NCBI GenBank assembly: GCA_963749075.1
Contig: CAVVLJ010000016.1
Coordinates: forward strand, 32,001-96,000
From: an uncultured Pseudomonadota bacterium
GTDB taxonomy: Bacteria; Pseudomonadota; Alphaproteobacteria; JACZXZ01
DNA length: 64,000 nucleotides
Reading direction: 5' to 3'
The position numbers and the translations under genes are program-made. The notes beneath the pieces were generated by a model. The model ran no database searches. It was not told the origin of the DNA and saw nothing but the letters and a program-made list of their open reading frames with translations. This document shows, one piece after another, positions 38,633-50,328 of this stretch (positions are counted from its first letter, which is position 1; the number at the start of each line of letters is the position of its first letter).

Positions 38633-39118
38633 ATGCGTAAAGGACTCAGCGTAGCGCTTGCCGCCGCCGCCCTACTTGCCGCAGCTATGGCCGCGGACGT
38701 TCCGGCAGAGGCTCAGAGCGGCGTCAAGGCCGGCTTTCTCACCTGCAACGTCTCGAGCGGCTGGGGCTTCGTCTTCGGCTCCACGCGCCACCTGAGGTGC
38801 AGCTACTCGTCGGGCTCCGGCCCGGTCGAGCGCTATGCGGGCACCATCTCCAAGTTCGGCGTGGATATCGGCTACGTGCAGTCGGCCGTCATGGTGTGGG
38901 GCGTGATCGCACCCACGGCTAGCATGGCGCCGGGCGCGCTTGCCGGCGAATACGCCGGCGTCACCGCGAGCGCCACGGTCGGCGGCGGCGTCGGCGCCAA
39001 TGTGCTGGTCGGCGGCTTCAACAAGTCGATCTCGTTGCAGCCCCTCAGCATCGAGGGCAATACCGGCCTCAACGTGGCGGCCGGCATCGGTGCCATCAGA
39101 CTCAAGTTCGAGCCGTAG
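38633..39118 (+). CDS. DUF992 family secreted protein
   Basis: Signal peptide; G.LTC..GFVFGST..L.C, GALAGEY.G, SLQPLS.EG..GLNVAAG. Confidence 0.88.
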   Translation: MRKGLSVALAAAALLAAAMAADVPAEAQSGVKAGFLTCNVSSGWGFVFGSTRHLRCSYSSGSGPVERYAGTISKFGVDIGYVQSAVMVWGVIAPTASMAPGALAGEYAGVTASATVGGGVGANVLVGGFNKSISLQPLSIEGNTGLNVAAGIGAIRLKFEP

Positions 39119-39226
39119 GCCGACTTTTGCGCGTTCGCGGGTCGCCTTCCGGCGGCTCACGAGCCGCGAAACCGGCACACACTCAAATCGAGATAGCCCG
39201 CAGCGACGCTGCCCCGGGCGGCGGAG

Positions 39227-40999
39227 TCATGCCGCGGCCGTGGCCTGCGTCGGCGTTCGGCGCTTGAGGAGAGCCTCGAACTTCTTGGGCGGCACGGCCC
39301 TGCTGAACAAGAAGCCTTGGAGCGCGTCGCATTGATAGGCTTGTAGGTAGGTGAGCTGCTGCTGGGTCTCGACGCCCTCGGCAACTGCGACCATGGTCAT
39401 GGCGTGGGTCATCGAGATGATGGCCTGGACCAACGCCGCATGCGCCCTGTCGCTCGTCATCTGCGAGACGAACGAGTAGTCGATCTTGAGCGTCTCGATG
39501 GGAAGCCGGCTGAGATGGCTGAGCGCCGAATGCTCGATACCGAAATCGTCCACCGAGAAGCGGACGCCCGCCTCGGCCAATTGCGTCATCGTGCGCACCG
39601 TCGCTTCGACGTTGTGAAGGATGGTGCTCTCCGTGAGCTCGAGCTTGAGGTGGTCAGGCGCCAGTCCGGTCTCCGAAAGAATGTGGAGAATGCTGTCGCC
39701 GAGCTTCTCCTGGAGCAGCTGCCAGCCGGAGAGATTGACGGATATCGGAACATCCGTCACTCCCCGGAGTTGCCATTCGCGCGCCTGGGTGCAGGCGTCC
39801 CGCAAGGCGAACTCGCCCAGCGGAACGATCAAGCCCGTCTCTTCCGCCACCGAAATGAATTGCCCGGGCGGGACGAGGCCGCGCTCCGGGTGACGCCAGC
39901 GGATCAGGGCCTCGGCGCCGACGATCTTGAGCGTCTGTGTGTGGTACAGCGGTTGATAGAAGAGCACGAGCTCTTGCCTCTCGATCGCGCGGCGCAACTC
40001 GGATTCGATGCTCAAGCGCTGCACCGCGCGCTCGGTCATTTGCGCATTGTAGAATTGATAGGGCCGGGCGGCGTCGATCCTCGCCTTGTTGAGCGCAGTC
40101 GTCGCATTGCGGATGAGCGTCTCCGCCTCGTCTCCATCGTCGGGTGCTATGCTGATGCCCATCGCGATATCGAGCGGGAAGCTCTGGCTCTCCAACTCGA
40201 GGCGCTCCTCGAAGCGACGCATGATGGCACGGATCGGTGCCGTGAAATCCTTCTCGTTCCCGATCCCCATGAGGACGATCAGGAAGCCGCCGCCGCCCGT
40301 GTAGGCGATCGTGTCGCCCACTCGCACCGCCTTTTGCAGCCGCTTGCCGGTCTCGCGAATGGCAGTATCGCCCGCGTCGAAACCGGAGCTCTCGCGCATA
40401 TTCGCAAGCGAGACCAGCTCGAGCGCGATGACGAAGGCCGGGGCCTGAAGGCGCTTGGCGCGTCCGAGCACGTGGCTCAGCCAATCGACGAAGAGGGCGC
40501 GATTGGGCAGTCCCGTCAGCCGATCGTGATAGGCGCGGTGCGTCTCCAAGGCCTTGAACTTGGTGACATCGAGCGCAATGCCGTCCCATTGGATGTCGCC
40601 GTTGGCGAGCCTCTGCGGATACGACACCGCGCGCAGCCATCTCACCCGGCTCTTCGCCGTATCGAGGCGAACTTCGACCTCGATGGGCGTCAACTCCTTC
40701 GCGGAGAGCGCCATGGCGCCCATGTAACGCTGCCGGTCGTCGGGATGAAGGTATTCGTGGAACGATTTTTCACCCCGGCCCAGCTTGGTCGGGCCGGTGC
40801 CGTACCACTTTCGCATGCGCGGGCTGACATAGGGATATGTGACGGTGCCGTCGGGTGCCAGCACGCGCCGGAAGATGAAACCCGGCAGATTGTCGACGAT
40901 GCCGTGGAGCTGCTCGTCGCTCTTCCGCCTTGAATGCCCGCTCCGCGATGGGCGCCCGGCGCTCGGGCCGGCCATGGCACTTTTGGACGTGCCCGGCAT
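39227..40999 (-). CDS. PAS - degenerate GGDEF - EAL protein
   Basis: HPDD (PAS), DRLTGLPNR, GGGGF, EALIRW, ELTES, DDFG, AEGVET; start uncertain. Confidence 0.9.
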   Translation of the reverse strand: MPGTSKSAMAGPSAGRPSRSGHSRRKSDEQLHGIVDNLPGFIFRRVLAPDGTVTYPYVSPRMRKWYGTGPTKLGRGEKSFHEYLHPDDRQRYMGAMALSAKELTPIEVEVRLDTAKSRVRWLRAVSYPQRLANGDIQWDGIALDVTKFKALETHRAYHDRLTGLPNRALFVDWLSHVLGRAKRLQAPAFVIALELVSLANMRESSGFDAGDTAIRETGKRLQKAVRVGDTIAYTGGGGFLIVLMGIGNEKDFTAPIRAIMRRFEERLELESQSFPLDIAMGISIAPDDGDEAETLIRNATTALNKARIDAARPYQFYNAQMTERAVQRLSIESELRRAIERQELVLFYQPLYHTQTLKIVGAEALIRWRHPERGLVPPGQFISVAEETGLIVPLGEFALRDACTQAREWQLRGVTDVPISVNLSGWQLLQEKLGDSILHILSETGLAPDHLKLELTESTILHNVEATVRTMTQLAEAGVRFSVDDFGIEHSALSHLSRLPIETLKIDYSFVSQMTSDRAHAALVQAIISMTHAMTMVAVAEGVETQQQLTYLQAYQCDALQGFLFSRAVPPKKFEALLKRRTPTQATAAA

Positions 41000-41427
41000 C
41001 GTCGGTAGTTCTTTATTTCGCACCCCGCCCGCGTCGTCCCGCGCAAGGCCCGGCGCCTTCGCTGACGATGTTCGACGGCGCTCCGCAAGTCTACGAGACA
41101 TCTGCGTGCGAGGTCTCCAGTGCCGATAGAAGAGCCATCTAATACTGCCGCGTTAAACTGCGTCACAGGGCAGATTACTATCTCCCGTATAAATTGTATC
41201 ATCAAAAAACTTCAGGGCAAAGATCATTTCAACCGATTTTATCGCCGCTATTACGTAGCAAGCTTACTTTATTGATTTGCCATATTGAGCGCGTCATGCC
41301 AATGATCAGCACAAGAATCGAAGATGCAGATTAACCTGCCGTACCCGCTTGCCGGCTCGGCGTCACGTGACGCAATAGTCCGCAAGCAGGCAGCCAACGG
41401 GTCCGCGGCCGCGGCACCGGCGCGCGC

Positions 41428-42114
41428 TCACCATCCCCTGAGGTCGATGCTCGTAGCAAAGCGCTTGCCGTCGCGGACGAGCTCGACCGCCGCCACGCGC
41501 CCGCCGGCGCTTGCTACCGCCTGGCGCAGGCTCGACGCGTCCGTCACCTCGCGGCCGTCGAGCGTGAGGATCACGTCGCCGAGGATGATGTCGGTGCGCG
41601 CTCCAGGCGAGCCCTTGCGCACCGCGATCACCCGGAGGCCGCGGGCGGTGCCGGCCTCGCGCTCCTGCTGCGGCGTCATGCGGTCGAAGAGGAGGCCGGT
41701 CCCCTTGCGCGGCAGCGGCGCGAAATAGAGCGCCCATTGCTCCATCGGCTCGACGCCATAGCGGAGATAGGAGGGATCCGGCGGGCCGCTGAATTTCTTT
41801 CCCACGATGACGACCGCGGCACTCACCTGCCGCGCCTCGGCCAGCACCTCCTCGGGATTGCGCGCGTCGCCAAAGACGGGTGAGGCGCCGATCACCGCGT
41901 AGCCGTTGTCGAGCTGCAAGAAGACGTCGAGCTTGGGATCGCCGGCGCTCTCGACGAGCCGCGGCGGGCCGGCGTAAGTCTCGAACGGCACGTTGGCCAT
42001 GGTGGTCCCGCTCATGTCTCGGTACGACCCGGCATAGGGGCTAGTACAGGCGGCGGCGAGGAGCGCCGTGCCCGCGAGCGAGACGAGCGTGGCAAGGCGG
42101 CGGATGGACGGCAT
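41428..42114 (-). CDS. PDZ-domain lipoprotein
   Basis: Lipoprotein signal LLAAAC; GSPG....GDVILTLDG PDZ motif. Confidence 0.78.
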   Translation of the reverse strand: MPSIRRLATLVSLAGTALLAAACTSPYAGSYRDMSGTTMANVPFETYAGPPRLVESAGDPKLDVFLQLDNGYAVIGASPVFGDARNPEEVLAEARQVSAAVVIVGKKFSGPPDPSYLRYGVEPMEQWALYFAPLPRKGTGLLFDRMTPQQEREAGTARGLRVIAVRKGSPGARTDIILGDVILTLDGREVTDASSLRQAVASAGGRVAAVELVRDGKRFATSIDLRGW

Positions 42115-42202
42115 CGAGAGTCTCCGGTCGGGGCGGGAGCCCGTCATAGCGGATGAAGGAAGGCTTTGTCGATCCTCGGCGAGCAACCGTCTTGCGGAGG
42201 AC

Positions 42203-44200
42203 CTACTCCGCCGCCATGCCGCTGCGTCCTTGCGCCACCGTCGCCTCGAGAAGGGCTATGAGCTCGGGGCGGATGGCGGCGGCGGGGCGATGGCGGAGCT
42301 CGGCATCGGCCTCGATGCGCGCATAGAGGCAGTCGCGGAGATATTGCCGCGTCGCCGCGGGATAGGCGGCGAGGAGCTCCGCCACGAGATCCTGCACGAG
42401 GGGCGGCAGACGCTCCTCGTAGCTCTCCCGCTCGGGTCCGAGGACGAACTCCTCGCTCGAGCGCTGGTTGCAGAGTGCGATGCGGCGCACCTGCGTCGCG
42501 GCCTCGTCGACTTTCCCGGCGACGAGCACCACGCCATAGACCTGGGCGGCCTCCTCGACAGTGACGAAGCCGTTCGCCACGTCGGTCAGCACCATCGCCG
42601 GGTCGCGGTCGAGCGGGCTGCCGTAGCCGGCACCGCCCGGTGCCGTGATGCGCACCACGTCGCCTGGCTCGAGCTTCAGGATGTCGATCTTGCCGATGCT
42701 CGCCTCCTTGGCCGTGCCCGGGTTGACCAGCGTCTCGCCCAGGCTCCCGGGATGGGCGCCCTTGCGGCCGTAGGGCCTGAGCTTGAAGCGGTCCATGCCG
42801 CGCGCGGTCACGATGGCGTTGGGTGCCAGCGACTGGAACTCGAACACCACGCCCGTGCCGCCGCGAAACTGCCCCGCCGCGGCATGGTCCACCAGCATGT
42901 AGCGGTTGACGACGACGGGCGCCTCGAGCTCGATGCTCTCGGTCGGCACGTTGCGCAGCGAGCCCGCCGAGAAATTGACGCCGTCGATGCCGTCCTTGAC
43001 CGGCCGCGCCCCGCAGCCGCCCTGCATGGGCTGGAGGACGTTGACGTTGTAGCCGCCGGTGCGGGGATCGAGATGCGAATAGAGCACGATCGCGACCTGG
43101 CCGGCGCCGGCCGCCGGAATGCGCGACGGCACCGCCTGGCTCAAGGCGCCGAGCACGGCGTCCGCCACGCGGTAGCCCGTGGTGTGGCGCACGCCGGTCG
43201 CCACGAAGGGTGCGGGGTTGAGCAGCGTGCCCTCGGGAATCCTCACCTTGACCGAGGCGAGGATGCCGCGGTTGAGCGGCAGCGCGCGGTCGGAGGTGCG
43301 GAGGAAATTCACGATGCCGAGCACCACCCATTGGTTGGGCTTGCCGTAGGTCGGCAGGTTCATCGCCGCGCGCACCTGGGTGTCGGTGCCGGCGAAATCG
43401 AGGGTGAGCTCGCCGCCACGGGCGATGACGCGCACCTTGATGCGCACGAAGTAGCGCGAGGCGAAATCCGCCTCCACGTAATCGGAGAAGCGGTACTCGC
43501 CGTCCGGGATGGTGGCGAGGATCTCGCGCGCGCGGTGCGCCCCATAGGCCATCAAGCCGCGGATGCCCGCTTCGACCGCGGCGAAGCCGTATTGGGCCGT
43601 GACCTGGGCGATGCGGCGCTCGGCGATGGCGAGTGCTGCGAGCAGCGCCTTCATGTCGCCCCAGTTCTGCGTGGGGATGCGGCAGTTGGCGAGGATGATG
43701 GCGAGGAGCTCCTCGTTCAGCACGCCCGCCTTCATGAGCTTGGTCGGCGGGATGGCGAGACCCTCCTGGAAGCGGTCGTAGGCGGTGGGCGCGATGCTGC
43801 CCGGCACCAGGCCGCCCACGTCGGAGGAGTGCACGAAGCACCAGGCGAAGCAGAGCAGCTTGCCGCCCGCGAAGAGCGGCTTGAACAGCATGATGTCGGG
43901 GAGGTGCGTGCACATGCCTTGCGTGGTGTGCGGATCGTTGGTCACGACCACGTCGCCGGGCTCGAGCGACTTGAGCGCGCGGATGGCGGGGCCCATGTCG
44001 ATGCCCAGCATGTTGGTGACGCCGATGTTGCGCGGATAGCAGAAGACCTCGCCCTCGGGTGTGAGGAGGCCGGAATCGAAATCCCAGGTCTCCTTGACGA
44101 ACACCGTGAAGGAGGCGCGGTGGATGACGTAGCCCATCTCCTCGACGATGCCGGTGAAGCGGTTGTTGAGTATCTCGAGAAGGACCTTGTCAGACGCCAT
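42203..44200 (-). CDS. Hydantoinase B/oxoprolinase family protein
   Basis: GDVVVTNDP, HLPD, HSSDVGG..PGS, QEGL.IPP, PGGAGYG.P.DRDP. Confidence 0.93.
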   Translation of the reverse strand: MASDKVLLEILNNRFTGIVEEMGYVIHRASFTVFVKETWDFDSGLLTPEGEVFCYPRNIGVTNMLGIDMGPAIRALKSLEPGDVVVTNDPHTTQGMCTHLPDIMLFKPLFAGGKLLCFAWCFVHSSDVGGLVPGSIAPTAYDRFQEGLAIPPTKLMKAGVLNEELLAIILANCRIPTQNWGDMKALLAALAIAERRIAQVTAQYGFAAVEAGIRGLMAYGAHRAREILATIPDGEYRFSDYVEADFASRYFVRIKVRVIARGGELTLDFAGTDTQVRAAMNLPTYGKPNQWVVLGIVNFLRTSDRALPLNRGILASVKVRIPEGTLLNPAPFVATGVRHTTGYRVADAVLGALSQAVPSRIPAAGAGQVAIVLYSHLDPRTGGYNVNVLQPMQGGCGARPVKDGIDGVNFSAGSLRNVPTESIELEAPVVVNRYMLVDHAAAGQFRGGTGVVFEFQSLAPNAIVTARGMDRFKLRPYGRKGAHPGSLGETLVNPGTAKEASIGKIDILKLEPGDVVRITAPGGAGYGSPLDRDPAMVLTDVANGFVTVEEAAQVYGVVLVAGKVDEAATQVRRIALCNQRSSEEFVLGPERESYEERLPPLVQDLVAELLAAYPAATRQYLRDCLYARIEADAELRHRPAAAIRPELIALLEATVAQGRSGMAAE

Positions 44201-46259
44201 TCTCAGCCTCCCCGATGAGATTGCCGAAGGAATCGACGGTGACCGCGAAGCCGTGCGGCACGAGGGTCGTGGTATCGTACTGCTCGACGATGGCGGGTCC
44301 CGAGAAGCGGCTCCCGGCGGCGAGCGAGGCGCGGCTAAAGACGCGCGCGTCCCAGTGGCGGCCGTCGAGGAAGATGCGCCGGCTGCCGGGCGCTGCGCCG
44401 GCCTCCGAGCCTCGCCCCGAGGCGGCGGCGCTTTCGATGCGCGGCTTGAGTGTCACGCCGATGGCCGTCGCCCGCGCGTCGAGCACCTCGAGGGGTGCCG
44501 CCTCGTCCTTGTAGCCGTAGACCTGCTCGTAGATGGCGTTGAAGCGCCGCCTGAGCGCCTCGCCGCTCAAATCGGCCAGCACGTCGCGGTCGAGCGCCAC
44601 GTTGAGATCGAAGGACTGCCCGAGATAACGGATGTCGGCCGACCAGGCGATCCTGCGCTCGAGAAAATTCATGCCCTGGAGCTCGAGCCAACTGCCGCCC
44701 TCGCGCGCCACGGCCTCGAGCGCCGTGCTGAGCGCCGTGACCACGGGGGCCTCGGCACCCGCTGCCATCGTCATGTGGATGGTGCGGATGAAGTCGCGCC
44801 GCACGTCGGCGGTGAGCGAGCCCGCGGCGCACAGCACGCCCGGATGGAGGGGGACCAGCACGCGCCGGATGCCGACCTCGCGGGCGAGGAGGAAGCCGTG
44901 CGTGGGGCCGGCGCCGCCGAAGGGAAGCAGCGCGAAATCGTCGTAGCTGATGCCCTTGCGCGCGAGGAGCGGCACGAGGGCCGCGTACATCTGCGAGGTC
45001 GCCACCCTGAGGATGCTCTCGGCGGCCTCGAGCAGCTCGAGGCCGACGCGCTCGCCGATGCGTCCGACCGCCTCCCGCGCGAGCTCGGGCTCGATGGGAA
45101 CGGCGCCGCCGAGGAAGCGCTCCGGATCGATGACGCCGAGACAGATGTAGGCGTCCGTGACGGTGGCATGCTCGCCGCCCAGGCCGTAGCAGGCGGGTCC
45201 GGGCTTGGCGCCGGCGCTCATCGGCCCCACCTTGAGCACGCCGTTGCTGTCCGTCCAGGCGATCGAGCCGCCGCCGGCGCCGATCGAGGTCACGTCGATC
45301 GCCGGCATGATGACCGGGAAATCCCCGACGTAATTCTCGGTCGAATAGCGCGGCTCGCCGTCGATGACCGCCACGTCGGCGCTCGTGCCGCCCATGTCGA
45401 AGGTCACGAGGTTGCGCATGCCGATGGCCGCGCCCACGAAGGAGGCGCCGATGACGCCGGCCGCCGGGCCCGAGAGGAGGGTCTCGACGGGCCGCTCGCC
45501 GGCCTCCTCGACGTGCATCACGCCGCCGTTCGATTTGGTGGAGAGGATGGGTGCCGCCACGCCGAGCGCGCGCACGCCGCGGCCGAGGCCGGTGAAGTAG
45601 TCCTTCATCTTGCGCCCGACGTGGGCGTTCATCACGGCTACGAGGCCGCGCTCGTACTCGCGCATCTGCGGCCAGATCTCCGAGGAGAGGGAGACGTAAA
45701 TCTCGGGTGCGGCCTCCTCGAGGACGGCGCGGGCTTGGCACTCGTTCGCGTCGTTGCGGTAGCTGTGGAGGAAGCAGACCGCGACCGCCTCGACGCCGGC
45801 CTCGCGCATGCGCGAGGCCGCCTCGCGCAGGCTCGCCTTGTCGACGGGGCGCACGATGCGGCCGCCCGCGGACGAGCGCTCGGGAATCTCGTAGACGAGG
45901 GAGCGCGGCACCAGCGGCCGCGGCAGCTCGGTGAAGAAATTGAAGACGTCGGGAATGCGGTGCCGGCCGATGTTGAGGATATCGCGGAAGCCCTCGGTGA
46001 CGAGGAAGGCGGTGCGCGCGCCGCTCCTTTGGATGACGGTGTTCACCGCGAGCGTGGTGCCGTGGATGAAGTAGCCGATCTCCTCCGGCCGCACGTCATA
46101 TTCGGCGAAGAGGCGGCCGATGCCGTCGAACACCGCGGCCTCCGGCTCGGCGGGGTTGGACGGCATCTTCAGCACGAGGATGCGGCCGCTCGCCTCGTCG
46201 AGCAGCGAGAAATCGGTGAAGGTGCCGCCGATATCGATGCCCATCCGGTAACTGGCCAT
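44190..46259 (-). CDS. Hydantoinase A/oxoprolinase family protein
   Basis: GIDIGGTFTD, HGTT, LSGPAAG, DMGGTS, GAGGGS. Confidence 0.93.
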   Translation of the reverse strand: MASYRMGIDIGGTFTDFSLLDEASGRILVLKMPSNPAEPEAAVFDGIGRLFAEYDVRPEEIGYFIHGTTLAVNTVIQRSGARTAFLVTEGFRDILNIGRHRIPDVFNFFTELPRPLVPRSLVYEIPERSSAGGRIVRPVDKASLREAASRMREAGVEAVAVCFLHSYRNDANECQARAVLEEAAPEIYVSLSSEIWPQMREYERGLVAVMNAHVGRKMKDYFTGLGRGVRALGVAAPILSTKSNGGVMHVEEAGERPVETLLSGPAAGVIGASFVGAAIGMRNLVTFDMGGTSADVAVIDGEPRYSTENYVGDFPVIMPAIDVTSIGAGGGSIAWTDSNGVLKVGPMSAGAKPGPACYGLGGEHATVTDAYICLGVIDPERFLGGAVPIEPELAREAVGRIGERVGLELLEAAESILRVATSQMYAALVPLLARKGISYDDFALLPFGGAGPTHGFLLAREVGIRRVLVPLHPGVLCAAGSLTADVRRDFIRTIHMTMAAGAEAPVVTALSTALEAVAREGGSWLELQGMNFLERRIAWSADIRYLGQSFDLNVALDRDVLADLSGEALRRRFNAIYEQVYGYKDEAAPLEVLDARATAIGVTLKPRIESAAASGRGSEAGAAPGSRRIFLDGRHWDARVFSRASLAAGSRFSGPAIVEQYDTTTLVPHGFAVTVDSFGNLIGEAENGV

Positions 46260-46291
46260 GCGCAAGGCTCCGCGAGGTGGGTGCGGCCCGC

Positions 46292-47080
46292 TCAGATCAT
46301 GAAGCGCAGGCGAAAGACGCGCTGCACGACGAGGACGAGGAGGCCGACGATGACGATCTGCAAGGTGGAGGCGGCGGCGATCGTCGGGTCGCCTCCCCAC
46401 TGGATCTCGGAGAAGATGTGGACCGGAAGCGTCGTCGCCCCGGGTCCGGAGAGGAAGAGCGAGAGGTTGATGTCGCTGAAGGAGATGATGAAGGCGAAGA
46501 TGCCGCCCGAGAGCAGGCTCGAGCGCACGAGCGGCAGCGTCACCTTGCAGAAGGCCTGGACGCGGCTGGCACCCAGGCTCATGGCCGCCTCCTCGAGGCG
46601 GAGGTCGATGCCGGCCAGGCCGGCGGTCACGCTGCGGATGACGTAGGGTGTCGCGATCACGAGATGGGCAAGAAGGAGGGTGAGGAGGGAGGATCTCATC
46701 CCGAGGCGGGCATAGTAGAGGTAAAGCGCCGCCCCGAGAAGGATATGGGGCACCAGGAGCGGCGAGAGGAAGAAGGCCTCGACCGCCTCGCGCCCGAGGA
46801 AGCGGAAGCGCACCAGGCCGATCGCCGCGAGCGCCCCGAGAGCGGTTGCGGCGAGCGCCGTCAAGAGGCCTAAGACGAGGCTGACGTGGAAGAAGGCGTC
46901 CACGAAGTCGTCGTTCGCGAAGAAATTGGCGTACCAGCGGAGCGACAGTCCCTTGGGCGGGAAATCGAAGCCCGCACCCGTGTTGAACGAGACGCCGATG
47001 ACGATGACGAGGGGGGCCAGAAGGGCCGCATAGACGAGGACGACGGCGAGCGAGAGGAGCCGGGGCTGCCGCGCGCTCAT
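46292..47080 (-). CDS. PotC-type ABC permease
   Basis: FPPKGLSLRWY, LEEAAMSLGA, TLPV. Confidence 0.9.
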   Translation of the reverse strand: MSARQPRLLSLAVVLVYAALLAPLVIVIGVSFNTGAGFDFPPKGLSLRWYANFFANDDFVDAFFHVSLVLGLLTALAATALGALAAIGLVRFRFLGREAVEAFFLSPLLVPHILLGAALYLYYARLGMRSSLLTLLLAHLVIATPYVIRSVTAGLAGIDLRLEEAAMSLGASRVQAFCKVTLPLVRSSLLSGGIFAFIISFSDINLSLFLSGPGATTLPVHIFSEIQWGGDPTIAAASTLQIVIVGLLVLVVQRVFRLRFMI

Positions 47081-47940
47081 CGCCCGCTCTCCAGCCGCGC
47101 GAGCCGCCGCGTCGCGCGCAGGGCAAGGAACACCAGGGCCATGGTCGCCGCCACCACCACGAGGGCGAGGCTCGAGGCGCCCGGCCAGTCGAAGGCGACC
47201 AGCACCTGGTCGTAGATCTGCGAGCCGATGACGCGGACGCGGGCGCCGCCCATGAGAACGGGCGTGATGAAGGCGCTCAGCGACACGCTGTAGACGAGGA
47301 GCGATCCCGAGACGAGCCCCGGGAGGCTGAGCGGCAGGACGACGCGCAAGAGCCGCTGCGGCCAATTGGCGCCCAGATTGGTCGAGGCCTCCTCGAGGCT
47401 CAGCGGGATGCGCTCGATCGCGGCCATCGTCGGCAGCACCATGAAGGGCAGGAAGATGTTCACGAGGCCGATGACGACCGCCGTCTCGGTATACATGATC
47501 GTGGCCGGGCCGAGACCGAGCACGGCGAGCGCCTCGTTGACGAGGCCGTTGCGGCCCAGGATGACCATCCAGCCGAAGACGCGGATCACCGTGCTCACCA
47601 TGAGCGGCACCACGAGGAGGAAGAGGCCGAGGGCGGCCATGGCCGGGCGCGCCCGCGCCAGCGCATAGGCGACGGGGAAGCCGAGCGCCGCCGAGACCGC
47701 CGTGGTGATGAGCGCCAGCTTCATGGTGCGCAGGAAGAGCGCGAGGTAGTAGGAGTCCCACAGCTTGCCGTAATTCGCCGCCGTGAGCACGGGGAGCACG
47801 ATCTTCGTCGGCGAGTAGGTGAGAACGCTGTAGACCGCGATGTTGGCCGCCGGTACCACGAGGAGCAACACGAGATAGAGGCCGTAGGGCCCCACGAAGA
47901 GCAACCAGGCCGGCCGGCCGAAGCTGCGGCTCGGGCTCAC
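47077..47940 (-). CDS. PotB-type ABC permease
   Basis: IRVFGWMVILGRNG, LEEAS.NLGA, LPLSLPG. Confidence 0.9.
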   Translation of the reverse strand: MSPSRSFGRPAWLLFVGPYGLYLVLLLVVPAANIAVYSVLTYSPTKIVLPVLTAANYGKLWDSYYLALFLRTMKLALITTAVSAALGFPVAYALARARPAMAALGLFLLVVPLMVSTVIRVFGWMVILGRNGLVNEALAVLGLGPATIMYTETAVVIGLVNIFLPFMVLPTMAAIERIPLSLEEASTNLGANWPQRLLRVVLPLSLPGLVSGSLLVYSVSLSAFITPVLMGGARVRVIGSQIYDQVLVAFDWPGASSLALVVVAATMALVFLALRATRRLARLESGR

Positions 47941-47941
47941 C

Positions 47942-49051
<1,110 letters not shown>

Positions 49052-49085
49052 CGCGATGGGCCGCCGTGCCCTCCCCGAGCCTCGC

Positions 49086-50156
49086 TCAGCCGAGAACTTC
49101 CTTGTTCCAGCGGTCGAGGTATTTCTCGCGATTCTGGTTGATCTTGGTCCAGTCGAGCGGCGTCATGTTGGCGAAGCTCGCTTCCGGGATCGCGTAGTGG
49201 GCGAATTCGGGCGGCAGCTTCGTCGTCTTGTTGGACGGCGGATATTTGAAGAGAGCCGTCATGCCGAGCTGGTACTTGCCGTCGAGCGTGATGTTGACGT
49301 AGCGATTGGCGAGCTCGCGGAAGTGCGTGCCCTTCAAGATGAGGCAGCCGCTGCCGATCTGGATCGAGCCCGGCGGGTAGACGATGTCGGCCGCAATGCC
49401 GTTCTCCTGCAAGGCGAAGGTGCGCCCGTTCCAGAACGGCGCCATGACGATCTCGCCGCGGGTGAAGAGCTTCATGCCGTGATCGACGTTCTCCATGATG
49501 ACGGCGCCGTGCTGCTTGACGAGCTCAGCCGCCGCCGCCATGCCCGGCGAGATGTTGTCCTCGTTGCCGCCGAGCGACTTGTTGAAGGCGTGCAGCCAAT
49601 ACATGCCGTACCAGCCGTAGGCCGGGATGGCGATCTTGTTCTTGTATTTGTCGGCGAACAGATCCTTGAAGGACGCGGGCTTGCTCGCCTCCTTGGTGTT
49701 GTAGGTGAGGGCGAAGGCCAGCATCATGAAGGAGGCCCAATAGGCCTTGAGCCCGTGGCGCGGCGGCAGCTTCGCCGTGTCGTAGATGTCCTTGTAGTTC
49801 GTGATGATGTCGAGGTCGTAGTCGTCGACGCAGCCGCCGTCGGTCATGAGGATGGCCTCGGCCTCGCCGTGTCCCGACACGGTAAAGGGCGGGTTGCCGC
49901 ATTGGGCCATGATCTTCGAGGTGGCCACGGATTCGATCTGCTGGGCGTAGTCGACGGAGACCTTGTAGGTCTCCTCGAACTTGGGGGCGATGACGAAGTT
50001 CTTCTTGACGCCCTCGCCCCAGCTGCCGCCCGTCGACGCGATCGTGAACTTGTCCTCCGCCCAGGCGGGCGTGAGCCGTCCGCTCTCCAGAAGCGCCAGC
50101 GGGCCCGCCGCCATTCCGGCGAGGTAAAGGAAATCCCGTCGCGTGAATTGCGTCAT
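49086..50156 (-). CDS. PotD-like substrate-binding protein with Tat signal
   Basis: TRRDFL twin-arginine motif; first gene of the ABC operon. Confidence 0.88.
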   Translation of the reverse strand: MTQFTRRDFLYLAGMAAGPLALLESGRLTPAWAEDKFTIASTGGSWGEGVKKNFVIAPKFEETYKVSVDYAQQIESVATSKIMAQCGNPPFTVSGHGEAEAILMTDGGCVDDYDLDIITNYKDIYDTAKLPPRHGLKAYWASFMMLAFALTYNTKEASKPASFKDLFADKYKNKIAIPAYGWYGMYWLHAFNKSLGGNEDNISPGMAAAAELVKQHGAVIMENVDHGMKLFTRGEIVMAPFWNGRTFALQENGIAADIVYPPGSIQIGSGCLILKGTHFRELANRYVNITLDGKYQLGMTALFKYPPSNKTTKLPPEFAHYAIPEASFANMTPLDWTKINQNREKYLDRWNKEVLG

Positions 50157-50328
50157 TGCGGTGAACTCCCGTTCGTGTGCGCGGCGCCTGTTGCGGCGCT
50201 CTCGCTATCGCAGCGCACAACGTACCTGCTGGCGCTTCGCCGAGTCAATCGATTGCGCGGCAAGGCATGGCTGTATAACTGCCCCGGCTATGCAATGCCG
50301 CGCGCTCGCGCGCGGCTCCGGCGGAGCG

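Noticed and set aside
50210-50222. Third MarR operator (gcagcgcacaac) upstream of the ABC binding protein
   Set aside because: Only one half-site matches
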